Origin: Candidatus Latescibacterota bacterium | GTDB lineage: Bacteria; Latescibacterota; UBA2968; UBA8231 | DNA: 64,000 bases | Direction: 5' to 3' | Assembly: GCA_965219385.1 (NCBI GenBank) | Contig: CBDCNM010000002.1 | Coordinates: forward strand, 4,350,305 to 4,414,304 | Shown: positions 55,269 through 64,000 of the stretch, piece by piece | How the letters are laid out: each line of letters begins with the position of its first letter | Position numbering within the stretch: the stretch's first letter is position 1 | The notes under the pieces: model-generated | What the model was told of the DNA's origin: nothing | The model's database searches: none | The model's input: only the letters and a program-made list of their open reading frames with translations | Program-made: the position numbers and the translations under genes

Positions 55269-56429
55269 GTGGAAAACCATTCTGCAACCTCGACCCGAGC
55301 AGGGCGATATATCATACAGCCAACTGGCTACAGAGCTTTCCTTCCGGCACCGTTACCACCCAACCCGCCCGTCCAAATCACCGGGAAGATGCAAACGCTA
55401 CTCTCAGAGGCTGACCGCGTCCTCGGGCGTCTTGATGGATCAATCCAAACGCTGCCCAATCCGGATCTGTTCGTATACATGTATGTCCGCAAAGAGGCGG
55501 TGCTATCGAGCCAAATTGAAGGGACACAAAGCTCGTTGCAGGACCTACTGGCAGCCGAAGCTAATATCTTTGCGCCTAATCGACCGAAAGATGTGGACGA
55601 AGTAGTGAACTATGTCAGAGCGATGAATTACGGTCTTGGCCGGCTGTCCGAACTCCCCGTATCGGTTCAGCTGATACGTGAAATTCATGCTGAACTCCTG
55701 CAAGGCGTACGCGGTTCTCATCTTACGCCCGGCGAATTGCGAACCAGCCAGAACTGGATCGGAGCCGCAGGCCATTCGATTTACGAAGCTATATTTGTCC
55801 CGCCGCCACATCACGAAGTTCCGCAGAAGCTGATGGAGTTGGAACAATTTCTCCACCGCGCAAAGCTGCCGCTCCTGATAAAGGTTGGGTTGGCTCACGC
55901 ACAGTTCGAGACGATTCACCCTTTCCTCGACGGCAACGGACGCGTAGGTCGGTTGCTCATCACCTTTCTTCTTTGCGAGCAGAAGGTGGTCCAAAAGCCG
56001 GTTCTCTACCTATCCTACTTCTTCAAGCAGCACCGGCAACAATATTACGAAGAACTGCAATCTGTGCGCGACGCCGGAACCTGGGAACAGTGGCTTGTCT
56101 TCTTCTTGCACGGCATTGTGGAGGTAAGCAATCAGGCGACCGACACGGCCCGCGGGATAATCGCTCTCCGCGAAGAGCATCGGCAGGTGATCACTGAGAA
56201 CTTCGGTCGCGCGTCGAGCAATGGCCATCGAGTGCTGGAACATCTCTACGAACGCCCGATCATTTCGGTGGGCGATGTGCAAAATTTGACCGGGACCACA
56301 TACACCGCAGCCAACAATCTGGTCAACCGGATGGCAGCCTTCGGCATTTTGCACGAGTTCACGGGTCAGGCGCGCAACCGCAGATTTATGTATGAGAGCT
56401 ACATCAACCTGTTCCACCACACCGAGTAG
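55269..56429 (+). CDS. Fic family protein (Fic/DOC N-terminal domain + Fic + C-terminal wHTH)
   Basis: EAVLSSQIEGT, HAQFETIHPFLDGNGRVGR. Confidence 0.92.
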   Translation: MENHSATSTRAGRYIIQPTGYRAFLPAPLPPNPPVQITGKMQTLLSEADRVLGRLDGSIQTLPNPDLFVYMYVRKEAVLSSQIEGTQSSLQDLLAAEANIFAPNRPKDVDEVVNYVRAMNYGLGRLSELPVSVQLIREIHAELLQGVRGSHLTPGELRTSQNWIGAAGHSIYEAIFVPPPHHEVPQKLMELEQFLHRAKLPLLIKVGLAHAQFETIHPFLDGNGRVGRLLITFLLCEQKVVQKPVLYLSYFFKQHRQQYYEELQSVRDAGTWEQWLVFFLHGIVEVSNQATDTARGIIALREEHRQVITENFGRASSNGHRVLEHLYERPIISVGDVQNLTGTTYTAANNLVNRMAAFGILHEFTGQARNRRFMYESYINLFHHTE

Positions 56430-56573
56430 AGGGATCACCCCACGTACGGTCCTATCCTTGCGCATAAGGATCCTAACGGGCCCTAGCTGGAAGAATATCC
56501 GCGCCGACTGCTGTGGTGTTGGAAAAGAAGCCCGAGAGGCTGATTAGTGAAATTATAGTGAGAGGAAACCCCA

Positions 56574-56849
56574 ATGAATAATCTGTATTTTCTCATATTA
56601 TTCATCATAGGTTACATGGCTCTGGCAGCACCGACAATTGCTCAAAATGCCAATAAAGAGGACTCTATACCTAAAACAAGTATACAAAAAGAGAAGGCCG
56701 TTGAGTCAATCGCGTGGAGTCATCCCTTAACTGTGACGGAACTGGTCCTGGTGTGTTTCGTTTTCATTGTATTGCCCATTCATTTGCGATGTGGACACCG
56801 CGCCATTTACCTGGATGTTATGCTGACGCCCCGTGTTATTGCAATTTAG
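56574..56849 (+). CDS. Small hypothetical secreted/membrane protein, possibly truncated
   Basis: GAGG RBS; signal peptide and one TM segment; AT-rich. Confidence 0.4.
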   Translation: MNNLYFLILFIIGYMALAAPTIAQNANKEDSIPKTSIQKEKAVESIAWSHPLTVTELVLVCFVFIVLPIHLRCGHRAIYLDVMLTPRVIAI

Positions 56850-56891
56850 CCCTGAAAGTGGAATAGTGGATTTCGGAAAGCGAGTTTGAAC

Positions 56892-57467
56892 ATGGTCACT
56901 CAACAAAAAATTGCTGAATTCAGCGGCGAAACGGTCCGCAACGTCGCCGGAACATTGATCTGGTTGGCACGGCCTCCTGAACAATCGAAAACGCCAAGCC
57001 GGGACTGGCTCGCAGACCTGCTCGCGAACCAGAACAAGGACAAATTGCGAGGCGCAATAAAGCTATTAACCGAAAGCTTTCGCAAACGCCACGATGCCGT
57101 AGCCGATGTCTGTACCGCCTTTCAGGGGCGACTTCAGAAAGCGGCTGAAGATTTTCCTCCGGGCCGTGAAATGGACCCTGACGACATCGCGGTACCGGAG
57201 CTGGAGAAAAGCGAGGAATACTTCCGCAAGGAAAGGGAAGAACTGCGCGATGTCCGGGACGACTTGCAGCGGACAGGGGGCGCAGAAGCATACGGAGCCG
57301 AGGTCTTCGCAGAATTGGAACGCTTGGATACGCTGTTTGAATATCTCGTTGCTTCGCTCCAAGAACTTCGCTGGATCATAATGATCCACGACGGAGCACT
57401 TGCTCCGAGCACAGGCGGAACATGCGCCAGCGGCGCAGAATTTATGGCGTCAATGGAAAATCTATAG
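56892..57467 (+). CDS. Hypothetical all-helical protein, possibly an antitoxin
   Basis: Open frame with coiled-coil character; ATG at 56892. Confidence 0.55.
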   Translation: MVTQQKIAEFSGETVRNVAGTLIWLARPPEQSKTPSRDWLADLLANQNKDKLRGAIKLLTESFRKRHDAVADVCTAFQGRLQKAAEDFPPGREMDPDDIAVPELEKSEEYFRKEREELRDVRDDLQRTGGAEAYGAEVFAELERLDTLFEYLVASLQELRWIIMIHDGALAPSTGGTCASGAEFMASMENL

Positions 57468-57512
57468 GCCGTGCGCCGGTGACAATTCTGAAAGTCGAAT
57501 AGAGGGATTTAG

Positions 57513-57806
57513 ATGGCCATGAAAACTTTAGAGCAGCATATTGAGATTACCCCTGGTATATCCGGTGGAAAGCCTCGCATTACTGGACATCGGATTACAG
57601 TGGAGAACATCGTCATCTGGCATGAGCGCATGGGCAAGAGTGCGGATGAAATTGCCACTGAATACGGTTTGACACTGGCGGATGTGTATGCGGCATTGGC
57701 CTACTATTTCGATCACCGCGCTGAGATCAACCAATCGCTTGAGGATAGCAAAGTATTTGTAAAAACCTTACGCCAGCAGACTTTTTCAAAGCTTTCTGCA
57801 AAGTAG
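57513..57806 (+). CDS. DUF433 family protein (VapB45-like antitoxin)
   Basis: IEITPGISGGKPRITGHRITV...EIATEYGLTLADVYAALAYY. Confidence 0.88.
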   Translation: MAMKTLEQHIEITPGISGGKPRITGHRITVENIVIWHERMGKSADEIATEYGLTLADVYAALAYYFDHRAEINQSLEDSKVFVKTLRQQTFSKLSAK

Positions 57807-57888
57807 CCGCAGTAGGTGCAGATTATGCCGGAATGGAAGAGGTAATCTCGATTCGAAACCAACTCTGAAAAGGAAGAAGGCAGGTCAC

Positions 57889-60045
57889 ATGACAACAAAA
57901 GCGCATGAAGAGCGTGACGGTTTTGAGGTGGTACCATTTCGTATGCATCCCAGGGTATTCGCTGCCTTGGGAGCGGATCTCGTGACCAACGATGTTGTGG
58001 CCGTGATTGAACTCGTCAAGAACTCATACGACGCATTCGCACAGAATGTCTGGCTGCGATTTGGTGACGATACATCTCTAGGCCCGTTTCTTGAAATCAA
58101 AGACGACGGCCAGGGTATGACTAGAGACATTATCGAAAATGTCTGGTGTCTCGTTGCGACCCCCTATAAAGATCAGAATCCGCTCGTGGAAAATGGTGGG
58201 AAAAAACGTCGTGTTGCCGGAGAAAAGGGCCTCGGACGCCTTTCTGCTGCGAGGCTCGGAAATCACCTGCAAATGCAGACAAGGACACTAGGCGCTCCCT
58301 GCTGGGAGGTAACCATTGACTGGACTGATATTTCGAAAGGAGACGACTTTTCCAAGAGCTTTGCCGAATGCAGAAGATACCCCGGGGAGCCACCCTTTCA
58401 ATCTGGAACCCTTCTCCGCATTTATAGCCTAAAAGGACAATGGGACGAAAGTCGCATATTGGACCTTGAAGAGAATCTCGCTCGCTTGATTTCACCATTT
58501 TCGACAGTCGACGATTTCAATATCTTCCTGTCAGGCCTTGACAATACTGAAACCGAAGGGGTCCAAATCGAATCTCCAGAATTTCTGTCGGAGCCGAAAT
58601 ACAGCATCCGGGGAAGTGTTGACAAAAATGGTAACGTGAAAGGAACGTATCGCTTTAATCCCATCGTAGAAGGTGCCTCCAGAGAAAAGGGACTGACGCT
58701 TACCTGGAGACAGATTCATGATGTTATTCAGGATCCCACACGGTTTCAGTATTCTTCCGAGACGGCGCATTGCGGCCCCTTCTCTTTCGAGATTCGGGCA
58801 TGGGATATCGCTACCGATGACACGCAGGAAATCGCCGAAAAGTTCGACTTCCGGAAAAGCCAAGTTAGAAAATCCATTCGCGCACATAAAGGCATTTCCG
58901 TGTATCGAGATGGAGTCTTGGTACTCCCGAAATCTGATAACGCCCGCGACTGGCTAGGACTCGATCTCCGGCGTATCAGCAAGGTCGGGACGCGACTGAG
59001 CACGAGCCAGCTTGTCGGATACGTTTCGATATCAGCCGAAGATAACCCAGACATTGAAGACACCAGTGACCGCGAACGCCTTGCTTCGTGTATCCAAGTG
59101 GCGGAGTTTGAGGAGATTTTGAAGGCTGCCGTTGCTCTTCTTGAGAACGAACGGGATGAAGATCGGGTTAAGCCTGACCGTGAAAAACCAATGGATGATC
59201 TGTTCGAGAAGTTGTCTGCGGAAGAGTTGTCTGCGGAAGTTATTGCCCTTTCGGAAGAAGGGGGCGAGGCATCGGAAGCTATCCCTCTGCTTCGTACCTT
59301 CAGCAATTCGCTGGACTCGGCACGCAAGGCGATTCAGGAACGGTTTATATACTACAGCCGTCTAGCAACCGTTGGAACGATCGCTCAAATGCTGGTGCAC
59401 GAAATTCGTAATCGCACGACAGCTTTCGGAAGTTTTCTGGAATACATCCAAGACAGATTCGGTCCATTCAAGGAAAAAGCTCTGGAAGAAGAATTCCGTT
59501 CTGCCGAAAGTGCGGTAGATACGCTGGAGCGTCTTGCCGACACCTTTGCTCCTCTTGCAAGCCGTAGTTTTCGACGTCGGAAACGGCAATCGACTTTGGA
59601 AGATCAGATCAGATATTGTCTGACCCTCCATCAACGTGAAATAAAAAGAAACCATGTGCGATGCTACCTGCCAGATTCCAAAACTGAAGTGGCGGTAGAT
59701 CCAGGAGAACTCGATGCAATCATTATTAATCTGGTGACGAATGCGGTTTATTGGATGAGAGAGGTTCCAAAAGAACGGAGGGAACTTAAGTTCATCCTCA
59801 CGCCTATTAATGATGGAGATCGTGTACTGGTGGATGTTCAGGATACGGGACCAGGCCTCGATAAGGACGATCTTCAGAAGGTTTTCTTGCCTGGTGTGAC
59901 CAGAAAACCGGGCGGAATCGGAATGGGACTTACCGTGGCTTCGGAATTAGTTGCTGCATACGGAGGTCGTATGTCGACAAAATACCAAGGCGTAAAAGGT
60001 GGGGCTTCATTCGCCTTTGACTTGCCTTTACGAAAACAAAGCTGA
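57889..60045 (+). CDS. GHKL (MORC/HATPase_c_3) ATPase fused to a C-terminal histidine kinase
   Basis: ELVKNSYDA, DDGQGM, GEKGLGR, GT (GHKL motifs); VYRDG..V and DWLGLD middle domain; LVHEIRN (H box), NLVTNA, DTGPG, GIGMGL; no TM segments. Confidence 0.9.
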   Translation: MTTKAHEERDGFEVVPFRMHPRVFAALGADLVTNDVVAVIELVKNSYDAFAQNVWLRFGDDTSLGPFLEIKDDGQGMTRDIIENVWCLVATPYKDQNPLVENGGKKRRVAGEKGLGRLSAARLGNHLQMQTRTLGAPCWEVTIDWTDISKGDDFSKSFAECRRYPGEPPFQSGTLLRIYSLKGQWDESRILDLEENLARLISPFSTVDDFNIFLSGLDNTETEGVQIESPEFLSEPKYSIRGSVDKNGNVKGTYRFNPIVEGASREKGLTLTWRQIHDVIQDPTRFQYSSETAHCGPFSFEIRAWDIATDDTQEIAEKFDFRKSQVRKSIRAHKGISVYRDGVLVLPKSDNARDWLGLDLRRISKVGTRLSTSQLVGYVSISAEDNPDIEDTSDRERLASCIQVAEFEEILKAAVALLENERDEDRVKPDREKPMDDLFEKLSAEELSAEVIALSEEGGEASEAIPLLRTFSNSLDSARKAIQERFIYYSRLATVGTIAQMLVHEIRNRTTAFGSFLEYIQDRFGPFKEKALEEEFRSAESAVDTLERLADTFAPLASRSFRRRKRQSTLEDQIRYCLTLHQREIKRNHVRCYLPDSKTEVAVDPGELDAIIINLVTNAVYWMREVPKERRELKFILTPINDGDRVLVDVQDTGPGLDKDDLQKVFLPGVTRKPGGIGMGLTVASELVAAYGGRMSTKYQGVKGGASFAFDLPLRKQS

Positions 60046-60067
60046 ACGGAGTAGGAGTAAAGGAATT

Positions 60068-61198
60068 ATGCTGAAACTGCTATTTATTGAGGATGATCAA
60101 GGAGCCATAGAACCCGTTCTGAAGTTGATGGAGGCAAAAAAGAACGTGTGTTGTGAGGTATCGGAATTCGAGACCGCTGAGGGCAGGATCGCCTCGTTCC
60201 TTCCCGACATCGTGATACTTGATCTCCTTGTCGGTGGCGCTTCTCCAGGAGTGGGGGAGCCCGAGGGCTTGGAAACCCACAAATTCATCTGGAATCAACA
60301 TTTCTGCCCGATAGTAGTGTACTCTGCACTACCAAAAATTTATGATGATGCATGTGAGTCGCATCCGTTCGTGAAAAGCATCAAGAAGGGACGCGACAGC
60401 CCACAAAAGGTATTGGACGCGGTTTGTCAATTACTTCCTCATGTCGACGCGTTGAAAGAAGCCGAAAGCCATATTAGACACTCTTTTTCCTGTGCCATGC
60501 GAGATGTTGCACCCTATGCCTTTGAAGCTTTCACGGACATCGACAAACGCATGGAAACGATCAAACGTTCGGGCAGGCGGCGTCTTGCCGCTCTGATGGA
60601 CGAGCTTTCACTAGACGGAACGACGCTTGCCAGTTGGGAACAGTATCTGTGCCCTCCGGTATGTGCCGATATCCAACTGGGTGACATCCTGAGAGAGTTT
60701 GATGCGGCAGATGATGATCCTGCTTCGTTTCGGGTAGTTCTTACGCCGTCATGTGACCTAGTAGCCTCGGGAAACCGCAAATCAAAAGTGTGCAACATTC
60801 TGGTTGCGAAATGCTGCTCGATACAGGAAGGGTTGGAGCTCATAAATCTGAAAGGCTCGCCTAAAAAGTTAGAAGATCGTCTGCCTAGTGGAATCCTTTC
60901 ACAGGGATATTCCCAAGCCGTTATTCCTTTCCCTTGTCTAGAGAGAAAAGTTCCGACAATGGCGGCCAACCTGAAAGATTTAGAGCTTATCCCTATCCGA
61001 AACGTGGGTCTGAACGAGAGGTTTACGTTTATCCGAGTTGCGTCAGTTGACAGCCCTTTTCGAGAGTTAGTCGCGTGGGCGTATATGCAAACTGCTGGCC
61101 GTCCGAGTCTGCCGGATCGGGATTTTGCATCTTGGGCCAAAGAGATCACTGCTACTTTGAAAAGTGAACGTAGCGAGAAAAAAAATGAAAGCCTATGA
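60068..61198 (+). CDS. Response regulator receiver domain fused to an uncharacterised C-terminal domain
   Basis: LLFIEDD, DIVILDL (phosphoacceptor), VVYSA, IKK; C-terminal GDIL...VVLTPSCDL. Confidence 0.85.
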   Translation: MLKLLFIEDDQGAIEPVLKLMEAKKNVCCEVSEFETAEGRIASFLPDIVILDLLVGGASPGVGEPEGLETHKFIWNQHFCPIVVYSALPKIYDDACESHPFVKSIKKGRDSPQKVLDAVCQLLPHVDALKEAESHIRHSFSCAMRDVAPYAFEAFTDIDKRMETIKRSGRRRLAALMDELSLDGTTLASWEQYLCPPVCADIQLGDILREFDAADDDPASFRVVLTPSCDLVASGNRKSKVCNILVAKCCSIQEGLELINLKGSPKKLEDRLPSGILSQGYSQAVIPFPCLERKVPTMAANLKDLELIPIRNVGLNERFTFIRVASVDSPFRELVAWAYMQTAGRPSLPDRDFASWAKEITATLKSERSEKKNESL

Positions 61199-62231
61199 CT
61201 TCTTCTGTGGAGCCGGAGGCCTGACTCGGGGGTTACTCGATGCAGGGATTGACGTCGTCACCGGAATTGACAGCGACGGACGCTGCCAATCCGCGTATGA
61301 ATACAACAATCCGGGAGTCAGTTTCCTGCACGCGGATGTCAGGGAGATCAGCCCGAAGTCTCTGGGGCTGAAAGAGCGATTAGGGGGATACGACGATGTA
61401 CTCTTCGCAGGATGTGCTCCGTGTCAGCCTTTCAGTTCGCAACGCAAGGGAGATAGGGATCGGCAGGACGCAACCTTGCTGGGTCCGTTCGGACGGCTCG
61501 TTGAGGCTGTGTTGCCGGGATACGTGCTGATCGAAAACGTTCCCGGTATTGTCAGAGTACGTGGTTTCAGTACTTTTCGTCGATTTCTCAGAATGCTGGA
61601 TACAAATGGCTACAGGTGCGTTTCCGGTATCCTTGATGCCAAGCACTACGGGGTTCCGCAGAATCGACGCCGCTTAGTATTGCTGGCGCTCAGGCACCAA
61701 CAACCTTCGATGCCTGAGCAAACTCATGGTGATCGACATCGCCCGATCAGGACAGTACGGCAGGCTATCTCCCACTTTCCCGCGATTACCGCCGGAGAGC
61801 ACTATCCTGATATCCCGAACCACATCGCTGCATCCATCACGGAATTAAATCTGGACCGGCTGAGAGCGACGCCGCATGACGGTGGAGACAGGAGGTCATG
61901 GCCTGAACATCTGAGATTAGAATGCCACAAGAGTAACTACAAAGGTCATACTGATGTTTATGGACGGATGTCGTGGGACGATCCGGCACCTGCCCTCACA
62001 GGACGCTGTCACAGCATATCTAACGGTAGGTACGGGCACCCTGAACAGGATAGAGCTATATCCTTGCGAGAAGCTGCGGCTATACAGTCTTTCCCCGACG
62101 CGTACGCGTTTTTTGGATACAACAAGGATATCGCCATGCAGATAGGCAACGCTGTGCCGGTCAGGCTTGCAAAGCATCTCGGCAAACAAATTCTTCGACT
62201 CGCTAATGATCGAAAGACTAGAGTAATTTGA
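61185..62231 (+). CDS. dcm: DNA (cytosine-5)-methyltransferase
   Basis: FFCGAGG (I), PCQPFS (IV), ENVPG (VI), QNRRR (VIII), REAAAIQSFP (IX), QIGNAVP (X); start overlaps the receiver gene end. Confidence 0.93.
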   Translation: MKAYDFFCGAGGLTRGLLDAGIDVVTGIDSDGRCQSAYEYNNPGVSFLHADVREISPKSLGLKERLGGYDDVLFAGCAPCQPFSSQRKGDRDRQDATLLGPFGRLVEAVLPGYVLIENVPGIVRVRGFSTFRRFLRMLDTNGYRCVSGILDAKHYGVPQNRRRLVLLALRHQQPSMPEQTHGDRHRPIRTVRQAISHFPAITAGEHYPDIPNHIAASITELNLDRLRATPHDGGDRRSWPEHLRLECHKSNYKGHTDVYGRMSWDDPAPALTGRCHSISNGRYGHPEQDRAISLREAAAIQSFPDAYAFFGYNKDIAMQIGNAVPVRLAKHLGKQILRLANDRKTRVI

Positions 62232-62339
62232 AAATACGCTCTCCAGGATCATCTTCCGCAATCTGAAGTGAGTAGCTACGACGAGATTTCCAGTGTAGGT
62301 ATAGCGGTCACGTATTTGTTTCTCTAATTTTAAAGACTG

Positions 62340-63809
62340 ATGGTTACTGATCTCCAACCTTACCCTGCCTACAAACCCTCCGGCGTCGAGTGGCTGGGCG
62401 ACGTGCCGGAGCATTGGGAGGTCATAGCATTGAAGCGTTTGGGGCATTTCAGCAGCGGGGCTGGATTCCCAATCTCTGAACAAGGCCAACAGAACCTGGA
62501 ACTGCCGTTTTTTAAAGTCTCCGATATGAACCTTCCCAATAATGACAGAGTGATGGGAAGTTGGAATAATTCTGTTGATCGTAGTACAGCAGCAAGGCTT
62601 GGCGTAAACATTTTCCCGTCTGGGACGATCGTGTTCCCTAAAGTTGGCGGGGCACTATTAACCAACAAGAGGCGAGTGGTCGAGCGTCCATGCTGTATAG
62701 ACAACAATCTGATGGGCTGTATCGTCCGTCGTGGCAATCCACAGTTTGTCTTGCTGCTGCTAGAGCACCTTGATTTAGCAACAATTGCTAAGCCAGGGCC
62801 GGTACCCGCTATCAGTGAAAGTGAAATCCGAGAGATTAGAACGGTTATTCCACCTCTCCCCGAACAAACCGCCATCGTCCGTTTTCTCGACCACGCCGAT
62901 GAGCGCATCCGCCGCTACGTCAGCGGCAAGCAGAAGCTCATCCGGCTGCTGGAGGAGGAGAAGCAGGCCGTCATCCATCGCGCCGTCACTCGCGGCCTCG
63001 ACCCCAACGTCCGCCTCAAGTCCTCCGGCGTGGAGTGGCTGGGCGACGTGCCGGCGCATTGGGAGGTGCGGCGGCTACGCTACTTGGTCAAAGGAAAACT
63101 GACATACGGTGCCAATGCTGCGGCTGAATACGCTAATTCTGATTGGCCTCGCTATTTGCGGATCACAGATTTCGATCAGGACGGAGTACTCAAAAGCAAT
63201 ACGTTTCGATCTCTGCCTCCAGAGGTGGCGAAAGATTACTTGGTTCAACCCGGAGATCTCCTGTTGGCACGAAGTGGTGCCACAGTGGGAAAAGCATTCT
63301 TAGTTCCGGCAGATGCTGGCGAGGCGTGTTATGCTGGCTACTTGATTCGCGCCCGACCGCACCGTGCACTAATCGAACCGTACTTTTTGTTCTCATTCAT
63401 CCAAAGTACAGGCTTTACTCATTGGAAGAATTCGACATTTATTGTTTCCACAATTGAGAACATCAGTGCCGAAAAGTATGCTGATTTGCACGTTCCGTGT
63501 CCGCCGTTATCGGAGCAGTCACAGATTATTCGCTATCTCGACAAAGCAACCGCCGATATCGACGCCGCCATCAACCGCGCTCGCCGCCAAATCGCGTTGC
63601 TCCAGGAATACCGCACCCGCCTGATCGCCGACGTGGTCACTGGCAAACTGGACGTGCGTGGGGCGGCGGCCAATCTGCCCGACGCACTGGACGCACTGGA
63701 CGCACTGGACGCACTGGACGCACTGGACGCACTGGACGCACTGGACGCACTGGACGCACTGGACGCACTGGACGTGGTGGGAGAGTTAAACAGAGGAGAT
63801 CACGTATGA
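62340..63809 (+). CDS. hsdS: Type I restriction-modification specificity subunit
   Basis: Two SGVEWLGDVP.HWEV...PPL.EQ..I..FLD units enclosing TRDs; AVTRGLDP; LIADVVTGKLDV. Confidence 0.93.
   Translation: MVTDLQPYPAYKPSGVEWLGDVPEHWEVIALKRLGHFSSGAGFPISEQGQQNLELPFFKVSDMNLPNNDRVMGSWNNSVDRSTAARLGVNIFPSGTIVFPKVGGALLTNKRRVVERPCCIDNNLMGCIVRRGNPQFVLLLLEHLDLATIAKPGPVPAISESEIREIRTVIPPLPEQTAIVRFLDHADERIRRYVSGKQKLIRLLEEEKQAVIHRAVTRGLDPNVRLKSSGVEWLGDVPAHWEVRRLRYLVKGKLTYGANAAAEYANSDWPRYLRITDFDQDGVLKSNTFRSLPPEVAKDYLVQPGDLLLARSGATVGKAFLVPADAGEACYAGYLIRARPHRALIEPYFLFSFIQSTGFTHWKNSTFIVSTIENISAEKYADLHVPCPPLSEQSQIIRYLDKATADIDAAINRARRQIALLQEYRTRLIADVVTGKLDVRGAAANLPDALDALDALDALDALDALDALDALDALDALDVVGELNRGDHV
63681..63770 (+). 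repeat. (GACGCACTG)10 in-frame tandem repeat encoding (DAL)10 in the hsdS tail
   Basis: Seen directly. Confidence 0.95.
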
Positions 63810-64000
63810 AAGCCGTCCGATTTCGCGTTCAGAATTTTCGCAATATAGATGACAGCGACTGGATAGCGCTAGAGAAAGTCACGGCCTTTGTCGGCCGCAA
63901 CGAGTCGGGCAAGACCTCGCTGCTTAAGGCACTACACAAATTCAATCCTGCCACGCCGGAACCCTATAATGCGCAGCGCGAGTTTCCGCGCGACCGCTAC
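63806..64000 (+). CDS. AAA_15/OLD-type ABC-family ATPase, N-terminal fragment (runs off window)
   Basis: Hand translation MKAVRFRVQNFRNIDDSDWIALEKVTAFVGRNESGKTSLLKAL; Walker A; GAGGAG RBS; ATGA overlap with hsdS. Confidence 0.8.
   Translation, partial: MKAVRFRVQNFRNIDDSDWIALEKVTAFVGRNESGKTSLLKALHKFNPATPEPYNAQREFPRDRY

Noticed and set aside
54420..64000. Integrase, att sites or IS ends bounding the defence island
   Set aside because: No recombinase, tRNA or terminal repeats recognised within the window

Overview
GC-rich bacterial window with three zones. (1) 1-6 kb: a minus-strand cluster of predicted secreted or outer-membrane proteins. Three of them share a near-identical N-terminal module, and one is a collagen + YWTD (LDL-receptor class B) lipoprotein. 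(2) 6.6-54.4 kb: housekeeping genes (rnhA, lpdA, cca, class A PBP, standalone PurH N-domain, XPB-Bax1, fdhD, hom-apgM-lysC-asd) mixed with an expanded catabolic set (6 Gfo/Idh/MocA, 4 PhyH including one pseudogene, 2 GHL10-like paralogs, sulfatase, sialidase-like and enolase-superfamily genes) and several gene relics. This content resembles marine sponge symbionts such as Latescibacterota or Poribacteria (inference only). (3) 54.5-64 kb: a defence island, visibly lower in GC, built on a type I RM locus: internally deleted hsdM, Fic, two possible orphan antitoxins, a three-gene module (GHKL/MORC ATPase-histidine kinase fusion, receiver + uncharacterised domain, C5 cytosine methyltransferase), hsdS with a 9-bp VNTR, and the start of an OLD/AAA_15-like ATPase. 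The three-gene module is the best candidate for a poorly characterised system. No rRNA, tRNA, CRISPR array or transposase was recognised. Family calls come from motifs read by eye; no database searches were run.
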